Of a DNA stretch of 24,000 nt, positions 17,376-24,000 are shown in pieces. The position numbers were made by a program, and so were the translations under genes. Positions within the stretch are counted from its first letter, which is position 1. Each line of letters begins with the position of its first letter. The notes beneath the pieces were generated by a model. That model was not told the DNA's origin. It saw only the letters and a program-made list of their open reading frames with translations, and did no database searches. This DNA is from an uncultured Megasphaera sp. (GTDB taxonomy: Bacteria > Bacillota > Negativicutes > Veillonellales > Megasphaeraceae): positions 6,616 through 30,615 of the forward strand of contig NZ_CATWFF010000001.1 of the NCBI RefSeq assembly GCF_958350005.1. Direction: 5' to 3'.

Positions 17376-19817
17376 ATGTCTCGTTTTATGAATAACCTGA
17401 AGCGGCGCGTAGCCAAAAAAGTAAAAAGAATTGTGTTGCCTGAATCGCACAGCCGCCGTGTACTGCAGGCCGTAGAAATGGTGCAGACCGAAGGGTTTGC
17501 CCGTCCTATTCTGGTCGGCAGGCCTCACGAACTGATTGAGCGGGCCGGAGAATACCAGATCGATCTGGACGGCATAGAAATTATCGATCCGGAAACGTAT
17601 CCCATGCTGGACAAATTCAGCAAGTATTATGCAGAAAAATCCAGCAAAGGCAGTATGTCGGAAGAAGAAGCACGGACCATATTGCTGCAGAATCCTATTC
17701 GCTTCGGTGCCTGTCTGGTAGCCTTTGATATTGCTGACGGCATGGTAGCCGGCATTACTGATCCGTCATCAGAAGTCCTTCATGCATCGCTCCAGCTCAT
17801 TGGCGTACACCCTGGCGTAACCACTGTCAGCAGTACGATGATCATGATTACCGATAAGCCCCAGTTTGGCGATGACGGTATTTTTGTTATCGGCGACCCT
17901 GACGTCATTATCGAGCCGACGGCGCAGCAGCTGGCCGATATTGCCGCCAACTGCGTGGAACGGGCCCGCCGGACCGTACAGATTCTGGACCCGCGGGTAG
18001 CGCTCCTTTCGTATTCCACCATGGGCAGCGGCGAAGGTGAGGAAGTAGATCGCGTACGGGAAGCAGTCCAGCTCCTGCGGGACCGGAACGTAGATTTTGC
18101 CTTTGACGGTGAACTGCAGCTGGATACGGCCATTGTTCCCCGTATTGCCCAGAATAAAGCTCCCGATTCTGCCGTAGCCGGCCAGGCCAATATTCTGATT
18201 TTCCCAAACCTGTCGGCTGCCAATGTGAGCTACAAAATGCTGAAATACTTATACGACGCCCAGGCTGTCGGTCCTATGCTGCAGGGGCTGAAAAAGCCGG
18301 TTATGGACTTGCCCCGCGGCTGTTCGCCTGAAGATATTGTCGATGTCATGGCTGTCTGCTGCAGTGATGCCATCTATATGGAAGAAGAACGGAAGCGGGA
18401 TATTGAGTTTACGAGCCGCTTTGAAAAACTCGATCGCCGCGTAGCTATTGCCAAGCATAATGTGTCTATTCAGTTCGACGAAAGCAAGTGTAAGAACTGC
18501 ACCCTGTGCCGCCGCCGCTGTGCTGATGTCATGACCATTACGGGGTATTATTCGCTGGAAAGTACGGGAGACAAGCCTATTTGCGTCAACTGCGGCCAAT
18601 GTGCCCTGACCTGTGTGTTTGATGCTACTAATGGCGTATCGCAAAGTGAGTTCATCCAGCGGGATATAGACGATCCTGACAAGATTGTTATTTTCCAGAC
18701 CGCACCGGCCGTGCGCGTGGCGTTGGGCGAAGAATTCGGCATGCCTTACGGCTCCATGGTGCAGGGGAAACTGATCGCTGCTCTGCGGGCTTTAGGCGGA
18801 GACTATGTATTTGACACTAACTTTGGTGCCGATTTGACGATTATGGAAGAAGCGTCAGAGCTGCTGGACCGACTGGAAAATAAAAAGAAACTGCTGCCCC
18901 AGTTTACGAGCTGCTGCCCGTCATGGGTGGAATTTACGGAAATTTTCTTCCCCGAACTGATTCCCCATTTGTCGACGGCAAAAAGTCCGATCAGCATGCT
19001 CAGTTCCATGATTAAGACCTATTTTGCCGATCGAAAACACCTGGACCCGAAGAAGATCGTTACTGTCTGCGTTACGCCGTGTACGGCAAAGAAAGCGGAA
19101 ATTGAACGGCCTGAACATAATGCAGCCGGCAGATACTGGGATCAGCCGGAAATCCGCGATACTGACTACTGCATTACGACGCGGGAACTGGCCAACTGGA
19201 TGCGTAGCCGAAACATTGACTTTAACAGCCTGGAAGACTCGGCGTATGATTCCGTATTCGGCGAATCGTCAGGTGCCGGCATGATTTTCGGCGCCAGCGG
19301 CGGCGTGATGGAAGCAGCGCTGCGGACGCTGGTATATCTGGATACGGGCCGGGTTGCCGATAAGAACTTCCTGAACTTTACGCCTGTTCGTGGATTAGAC
19401 GGCGTCAAAGAAGCATCCATTACGTTCCGCAACGATATTATCCGCGTTGCCGCCATCAGCGGGCTAGGGAATGCCCGCAAGATTATGAACGTGCTGAAAG
19501 AAAATCACTCGTGGAAGAAGTATGCTTTCATTGAAGTCATGGCCTGCCCGGGCGGCTGCATTGGCGGCGGCGGCCAGCCGCGGACGAAGATGCCCCAGGA
19601 AATTACGGCCAAGAGAGCCCGTATCGAATCGGTATATGCCCTGGACCGGGAAAATATTATCCATTCGAGCTGGCAGAATCAGGAACTGAGCCAGCTCTAT
19701 GCCCGATTCCTGGATAAGCCCCTGAGTGAACGGGCTGAGCAGCTGCTGCACACGCAGTATGTCAATAAACACTATATGTTAGGGAGAGAAGACAATGTAG
19801 AACCGATCAGTTCGTGA
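17376..19817 (+). CDS. Pta-like phosphotransacetylase domain fused to 2x[4Fe-4S] ferredoxin and [FeFe]-hydrogenase H-cluster domain (copy 1)
   Basis: About 813 aa. Pta part (~17415-18400): RIVLPESHSRRVLQA, ALLSYSTMGSG, FDGELQLDTAIVPRIAQNKAPDSAVAGQANILIFPNL, DLPRGCSPEDI. Ferredoxin part (~18480-18650): CKNCTLCRRRC and CVNCGQCALTC. H-cluster part: L1 TSCCPSW, L2 TPCTAKKAE, L3 EVMACPGGCIGGGGQPR. Start at MSRFMNNLKRR (17376) matches copy 2; track start 17331 unlikely. Confidence 0.92.
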   Translation: MSRFMNNLKRRVAKKVKRIVLPESHSRRVLQAVEMVQTEGFARPILVGRPHELIERAGEYQIDLDGIEIIDPETYPMLDKFSKYYAEKSSKGSMSEEEARTILLQNPIRFGACLVAFDIADGMVAGITDPSSEVLHASLQLIGVHPGVTTVSSTMIMITDKPQFGDDGIFVIGDPDVIIEPTAQQLADIAANCVERARRTVQILDPRVALLSYSTMGSGEGEEVDRVREAVQLLRDRNVDFAFDGELQLDTAIVPRIAQNKAPDSAVAGQANILIFPNLSAANVSYKMLKYLYDAQAVGPMLQGLKKPVMDLPRGCSPEDIVDVMAVCCSDAIYMEEERKRDIEFTSRFEKLDRRVAIAKHNVSIQFDESKCKNCTLCRRRCADVMTITGYYSLESTGDKPICVNCGQCALTCVFDATNGVSQSEFIQRDIDDPDKIVIFQTAPAVRVALGEEFGMPYGSMVQGKLIAALRALGGDYVFDTNFGADLTIMEEASELLDRLENKKKLLPQFTSCCPSWVEFTEIFFPELIPHLSTAKSPISMLSSMIKTYFADRKHLDPKKIVTVCVTPCTAKKAEIERPEHNAAGRYWDQPEIRDTDYCITTRELANWMRSRNIDFNSLEDSAYDSVFGESSGAGMIFGASGGVMEAALRTLVYLDTGRVADKNFLNFTPVRGLDGVKEASITFRNDIIRVAAISGLGNARKIMNVLKENHSWKKYAFIEVMACPGGCIGGGGQPRTKMPQEITAKRARIESVYALDRENIIHSSWQNQELSQLYARFLDKPLSERAEQLLHTQYVNKHYMLGREDNVEPISS

Positions 19818-19832
19818 AAGAAGGAATGACGT

Positions 19833-22262
19833 ATGTCACGGTTCATGAATAATCTGAAGAGACGTGTAGGGAGACAGCAGAAAAAAATCGTCCTGCCTGA
19901 ATCGGACAGCCGCCGGATACTTCAGGCTGTCGATCAAATTGAAACGGAAGGGTTTGCCAAGACGGTCCTCGTCGGCAAACCGCGGCAGCTGATGGAACGG
20001 GCCTTTAAATACCAGATCGACCTGGACGGCGTAGAAATTATTGATCCGGAAACGTATCCCATGCTGGATACATTCAGCCGCTTTTATGCAGAGAAGCGCC
20101 GCAAGAAGGGCATGACTGTTTCCCAGGCCCGGGAAATTCTTTTAACAGATTACATTTGCTTTGGCGCGTGCCTCGTGGCTTTTGATATTGTTGACGGCAT
20201 GGTTGGCGGGGCGACGGTGCCGTCAGCCGATCTGATTCGGGCAGCCCTGCAGATTGTCGGCATGCATCCTGGTATTTCCACGGTCAGCAGTTCCTTCATT
20301 ATCATTACGGACAAGCCCCAGTTTGGCGACGACGGCATTTTCGTCCTTGGCGATGCCAGCGTCGTCATTGAGCCGACGGCACAGCAGCTGGCCGATATTA
20401 CGGTAAACTGTGTACACCGGGCGCGGCGTACGGTGCAGACCCTGGACCCGAAGGCGGCGCTCCTGTCGTATTCGACCCTGGGAAGCGGATCAGGAGAACA
20501 GGTGGACCGTGTGCGGGAAGCGGCCAGGCTGCTGCGGGACCGGAATGTGGATTTTGATTTCGACGGCGAGCTCCAGTCCGATGCGGCCATTATTCCCCGC
20601 GTTGCCCGCTACAAAGCGCCGGGTTCAACCGTTGCCGGTCAGGCTAATGTTCTGGTATTTCCCAATCTGGAGTCCGGCAATATTTGCTATAAGATTTTGC
20701 AGCATCTCTATGGCGCCATCGCCTTGGGGCCTCTTCTGGAAGGGACGGCCAAACCTATTATGGATCTGTCCCGGGGATGCTCTGCTGAAGATATTGTCGA
20801 TATTGTGGCTATTTGCTGCAGCGATGCCATTTATCAGGATGCCGAACGGCGGCGGGATCAGGATTTTACCAGCCATTTTGCCATGCTCGATCATCGCGTG
20901 GCTGTGGATGAACATAATATATCCATTCGCTTTGACGGAACAAAGTGCCAGAACTGCTCCCTTTGCCGCCGCCGCTGTGCAGAGGTTATGACGGTGACGG
21001 GATATTATTCCCTGGCCAGCACAGGAGACACGCCGATCTGCGTGCACTGCGGACAGTGTTCGCTGGTCTGCCCCTTTGGCGCAACCAAGAGCATTTCTCA
21101 GGAAACCTATATCGAGCAGGCTATGGCAGATCCCGATAAAATCGTCGTATTCCAGACCGGTGCCGCTGTACGGGTGGCCCTGGGAGAAGAGTTCGGCCTG
21201 CCTTATGGAACGAATGTGGAAGATAAGCTTATTGGAGCCCTGCGGGAACTGGGCGGCGATTACGTCTTTGATACCAATGCAGCCTCTGATATTGCCGTCA
21301 TGGAAGAAGTGGCCGAACTGCGGCAGCGCCTGAAGGAACACCGGGAATTGACGCCCATGTTTACCAGTGTCTGCCCGTCGTGGATTGAATTTATGGAAAT
21401 CTTTTTCCCTGAACTGCTTCCTCATTTGTCAACAGCTAAAAGCCCTACGAGCATGATGGGCGCTGTCATTAAAACGTACCTTGCCAAAACCCTTCATGTC
21501 GATCCGGAACGGATCGTTACGGTCAGCATTACGCCGTGTACGGCAAAAAAAGCGGAAATCTCCCGGCCGGAACGCAATGCTGCCGGCCAGTTCTGGCAGA
21601 AACCGGATATGCGGGATACCGATTACTGCCTGACCGTGCGGGAACTGGCCAACTGGATGCGAAGAAAAGACATGAACCTGACCGATATGCCGGCTTCACA
21701 GTATGATGCGCCGTTTCACAGGGCATCTGGCGGGGCTATGCTGGTCGGCGCCAGCGGCGGCATGATGGAAGCGATGATGCGGACCTTTGCCTATGAAGAG
21801 ACAGGCAAAGTCGATGAGGAATTTCTGCATTTCACGCCTGTCCGCGGACTGACTGGCGTGAAAGAAGCATCTGTTTCCATTGGAGATGCCCTCTTCCGCG
21901 TCGCCGTCGTCAGCGGCCTGGGAAATGCCAGGGCCTTTATTAATCGCCTGAAAGAAAAACATTCGTGGAAAAAATATACGTGTATTGAAATCATGGCCTG
22001 TCCTGGCGGCTGTATTGGCGGCGGCGGCCAGCCCAGAACGGAAATGGCCGATGAAATACCGGCCAAGCGGGCCCGCATGGAAGCCATCTATCAGGCTGAT
22101 GCCAATAATCCGCGTCATGGCAGCTGGCAGGATGAAGCAGTCCGGGATGTCTATGCCGGCTTTTTAGGCGAGCCCCTGGGACCTGCGGCGCATGCGCTGC
22201 TGCATACGCAGTTTATTAACAAGCACTATCTGCTGGGAAAAGAAGACCGCGTTTCGCCCTGA
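19833..22262 (+). CDS. Pta-like phosphotransacetylase domain fused to 2x[4Fe-4S] ferredoxin and [FeFe]-hydrogenase H-cluster domain (copy 2)
   Basis: 809 aa; same architecture and same residue numbering at landmarks as copy 1. KIVLPESDSRRILQA, ALLSYSTLGSG, FDGELQSDAAIIPRVARYKAPGSTVAGQANVLVFPNL, DLSRGCSAEDI; CQNCSLCRRRC, CVHCGQCSLVC; L1 TSVCPSW, L2 TPCTAKKAE, L3 EIMACPGGCIGGGGQPR. Only 15 nt after copy 1. Confidence 0.92.
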   Translation: MSRFMNNLKRRVGRQQKKIVLPESDSRRILQAVDQIETEGFAKTVLVGKPRQLMERAFKYQIDLDGVEIIDPETYPMLDTFSRFYAEKRRKKGMTVSQAREILLTDYICFGACLVAFDIVDGMVGGATVPSADLIRAALQIVGMHPGISTVSSSFIIITDKPQFGDDGIFVLGDASVVIEPTAQQLADITVNCVHRARRTVQTLDPKAALLSYSTLGSGSGEQVDRVREAARLLRDRNVDFDFDGELQSDAAIIPRVARYKAPGSTVAGQANVLVFPNLESGNICYKILQHLYGAIALGPLLEGTAKPIMDLSRGCSAEDIVDIVAICCSDAIYQDAERRRDQDFTSHFAMLDHRVAVDEHNISIRFDGTKCQNCSLCRRRCAEVMTVTGYYSLASTGDTPICVHCGQCSLVCPFGATKSISQETYIEQAMADPDKIVVFQTGAAVRVALGEEFGLPYGTNVEDKLIGALRELGGDYVFDTNAASDIAVMEEVAELRQRLKEHRELTPMFTSVCPSWIEFMEIFFPELLPHLSTAKSPTSMMGAVIKTYLAKTLHVDPERIVTVSITPCTAKKAEISRPERNAAGQFWQKPDMRDTDYCLTVRELANWMRRKDMNLTDMPASQYDAPFHRASGGAMLVGASGGMMEAMMRTFAYEETGKVDEEFLHFTPVRGLTGVKEASVSIGDALFRVAVVSGLGNARAFINRLKEKHSWKKYTCIEIMACPGGCIGGGGQPRTEMADEIPAKRARMEAIYQADANNPRHGSWQDEAVRDVYAGFLGEPLGPAAHALLHTQFINKHYLLGKEDRVSP

Positions 22263-22274
22263 TAGGCCGGACTA

Positions 22275-22304
22275 TTGACACCGGCGCGCATGGCCACGTA
22301 TAAT
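22275..22304 (+). promoter_or_regulatory. Consensus sigma-A promoter driving an ncRNA
   Basis: TTGACA (22275-22280), 18-nt spacer, TATAAT (22299-22304); both boxes match consensus exactly. Confidence 0.8.
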
Positions 22305-22309
22305 AAACA

Positions 22310-22513
22310 GGACATGTGCTGTGGTTGAAAGTCGATGCCAGTCGCAGGCAAAGCGATCCACGTAAGGGATGCAAAGTCATCCTGATCATAGTGCGGCCTA
22401 GACGTAAGACCTGCCGCAAAAAGCGAGAGAAGCAGTAGTGGGGGATGCAGACCATCTAGGAGCGAACCTTCCAGCAGGCGAGTGTGGGGGTAAAAACCAG
22501 GTCAGACATGTCC
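22310..22513 (+). ncRNA. Probable structured non-coding RNA, family not established from sequence alone
   Basis: No ORF in the track covers it; expected TSS ~22311 coincides with the 5' strand of a closing helix GGACATGT (22310-22317)/ACATGTCC (22506-22513). Internal helix GCGGC (22393-22397)/GCCGC (22413-22417). Bounded by a perfect promoter and a strong hairpin. Confidence 0.72.
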
Positions 22514-22517
22514 GTAT

Positions 22518-22566
22518 ACAGAAACGCTTCGCAGCACAACAGGCTGTGAAGCGTTTCTGTGTGTTT
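22518..22566 (+). terminator. Strong hairpin / probable terminator of the ncRNA
   Basis: 13-bp perfect stem ACAGAAACGCTTC (22518-22530)/GAAGCGTTTCTGT (22548-22560), extended by GCAGC/GCTGT with one G-U pair (18 bp total), 7-nt loop. The T tract is weak (GTGTTT). Confidence 0.7.
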
Positions 22567-22631
22567 CAGGATATATTCATCATTTGGCAGCTGCGCTTGT
22601 TAAGGAGGCAAAATTAATCCTTTATTTTTGC

Positions 22632-22660
22632 TTGATGTTTTTTTACTGATATAGTAAAAT
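22632..22660 (+). promoter_or_regulatory. Promoter for the thioesterase operon
   Basis: TTGATG (22632-22637), 17-nt spacer, TAAAAT (22655-22660). Confidence 0.5.
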
Positions 22661-22692
22661 GTAAAAGTGTTTATATTCAGCGGCCTGAAGGA

Positions 22693-23157
22693 GTGATGCT
22701 GCCGATGCAGGCAGATGTAGCAGCAGTGGACAGAGAATTGCATAAAAATCCTTTTGATCGTTTTATGGATTTTCACATCGCCAAAGCCGATGAAGAAAGT
22801 ACGGTTCTCGTGTTTCAGAATAGAGGGTCATCGTGGGAAAATCCCAATGGCACACTCTATGGCGGCGTCTTGTATGCCATGGCAGACTCGGCGATGGAAA
22901 TTGCCTGTGCAGTCTGCGGCAATGCCGTCCTTACCCTGGATCTGGGAATGAACTATCTGCGCCCGGCTTTTTCCGATACGACGATTCGGGCAGAAGTAAA
23001 GATCATCCACAAAGGGCATACGACGATGGTGGCATTGTGCGATTTCTATGATAACCAGGAACGGTATCTGGCACACGGCAAGGGAACGTTTTTCGTAACC
23101 GGCCCGTTTGTATTTGGAGGTGAAGACACCGATGCTGACGGACAGACGGCGCAGTGA
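22693..23157 (+). CDS. PaaI-like hotdog-fold thioesterase family protein
   Basis: NPNGTLYGGVLYAMADSAMEIAC, LGMNYLRPAFSDTTIRAEVKIIHKGHTTMVA. Start could be 22693, 22696 or 22705. Confidence 0.85.
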   Translation: MMLPMQADVAAVDRELHKNPFDRFMDFHIAKADEESTVLVFQNRGSSWENPNGTLYGGVLYAMADSAMEIACAVCGNAVLTLDLGMNYLRPAFSDTTIRAEVKIIHKGHTTMVALCDFYDNQERYLAHGKGTFFVTGPFVFGGEDTDADGQTAQ

Positions 23158-23575
23158 TGAAGCACTTCGCAGGCGGCTGCGAAATATTCAGCAGGGCATA
23201 TTCAGCCGAACGCCATATTTTCGCAATTTACCTTCAGAAATCGAAGACATTGATGAAGGGTGGGTACGTTTGGGCTTTGATATTTCTCCTCACCTGTGCA
23301 ACTATCGGGGTATAGCGTCAGGAGGGGTCCTGGCTGCGTTTTGCGATACCCTTATGGGGATGGCCAGCCGTACGCTGGGATATAAGGTGACGACGCTGGA
23401 AATTAATATGAACTATATCCGCCGCGTCCCGTCCGGCTGCCGCATTACCGGCATTGGTCAGGTCGTCCATCACGGCGGCAAGACCATTGTGGCAGAATGC
23501 GAATGCTTTGACGAAGATGGCGGTATTGTAGTGAAAGGCCGTTCTTCTTTTTACGTTTTGGGACGGTTGGACTAG
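23132..23575 (+). CDS. PaaI-like hotdog-fold thioesterase family protein (second copy)
   Basis: NYRGIASGGVLAAFCDTLMGMAS, LEINMNYIRRVPSGCRITGIGQVVHHGGKTIVAECECFDEDG; GGAGGTG RBS inside the preceding gene. Track start 23108 is less likely. Confidence 0.85.
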   Translation: MLTDRRRSDEALRRRLRNIQQGIFSRTPYFRNLPSEIEDIDEGWVRLGFDISPHLCNYRGIASGGVLAAFCDTLMGMASRTLGYKVTTLEINMNYIRRVPSGCRITGIGQVVHHGGKTIVAECECFDEDGGIVVKGRSSFYVLGRLD

Positions 23576-23609
23576 ATATGTATTTAACAGGGAAGGTTGG
23601 TTAAACAGG

Positions 23610-24000
23610 ATGGATTTTGGATATAACGAAGAACAGCAGGAACTGATCAAGGTTGTTCGTGATTTAGTGGAAAAGGAAATCGTACCGTATGCAGCTGAAA
23701 TGGATGAAACAGGCAAACTGCATGAAGGATTGCTGGAAAAACTGGCAGCTCAGGGACTTCTCGGCGTGGCGATTCCGGAAGAATTCGGCGGTGCCGGACT
23801 GGATGCCGTAACGATTGCTGCTATTTATGAAGAACTCGGCAAGGGCTGTGCCGGCGTAGCAACGACAGTTGCTGCCAATGCGCTGGCTTCGTATCCTGTT
23901 ATTATTGCCGGCAATGACGACCAGAAAAAGCGGTATTTTGATATTATTAATGAAGATAATCTGGCTGCCTTTGCTCTGACCGAACCGGGAACCGGTTCTG
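23610..24000 (+). CDS. Acyl-CoA dehydrogenase (N-terminal part, runs off the window)
   Basis: ATG at 23610 reads MDFGYNEEQQELIKVVRDLVEKEIVPYAAEMDE...GLLGVAIPEEFGGAGLDAVT...AFALTEPGTGS, typical acyl-CoA dehydrogenase motifs. Absent from the ORF track because it is open at the window edge. Confidence 0.92.
   Translation, partial: MDFGYNEEQQELIKVVRDLVEKEIVPYAAEMDETGKLHEGLLEKLAAQGLLGVAIPEEFGGAGLDAVTIAAIYEELGKGCAGVATTVAANALASYPVIIAGNDDQKKRYFDIINEDNLAAFALTEPGTGS

Noticed and set aside
20410-20991. 193-aa plus-strand out-of-frame ORF inside hydrogenase copy 2
   Set aside because: A shifted frame inside a strongly supported CDS; no RBS or domain evidence.
17376-22262. Recent transposition or segmental duplication creating the fusion pair
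   Set aside because: The copies differ throughout at the nucleotide level while keeping architecture and numbering, with no flanking repeats or transposase; this looks like an older, maintained paralogy.
22263-22692. RNase P RNA, tmRNA, SRP RNA or a cobalamin riboswitch
   Set aside because: Hallmark motifs (e.g. GAGGAAAGUCC, tmRNA tag region, GGAAGCAG SRP loop context, B12 box) are not present; ACCAGGTCAG resembles part of 4.5S RNA but the surrounding sequence does not.
1-24000. CRISPR arrays, phage, toxin-antitoxin or restriction systems
   Set aside because: No regularly spaced repeats, integrases, transposases or defence-type domains were seen in the track or sequence.

Overview
The window is an almost fully coding, all-plus-strand stretch, most likely from a diderm Firmicute (Negativicutes, Megasphaera/Veillonellales-like; this is an inference). 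From left to right it holds: (1) a reduced dcw cell wall/division cluster, murE-murF-mraY-murD-murG-murC-ddl-ftsQ/divIB-ftsZ, with no ftsW, murB or ftsA in their usual slots; (2) nrdR overlapping an LPS-core heptose operon (hldE, hldD, gmhB, two heptosyltransferases); (3) a small outer-membrane beta-barrel protein with its own promoter and terminator; (4) two tandem ~810-aa proteins that fuse a phosphotransacetylase (Pta)-like domain to two [4Fe-4S] ferredoxin motifs and an [FeFe]-hydrogenase H-cluster domain; (5) a probable ~200-nt structured ncRNA with perfect TTGACA/TATAAT boxes, a closing terminal helix and a strong downstream hairpin; (6) two overlapping hotdog thioesterase genes and the start of an acyl-CoA dehydrogenase. 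The strongest candidate for something new is the tandem Pta-[FeFe] hydrogenase pair. Hand alignment to motifs suggests reciprocal loss of key residues: copy 1 has lost Pta substrate/catalytic residues but keeps TSCCPxW, while copy 2 keeps those Pta residues but has TSVCPxW, losing the proton-relay cysteine. The ncRNA directly downstream is the second candidate.
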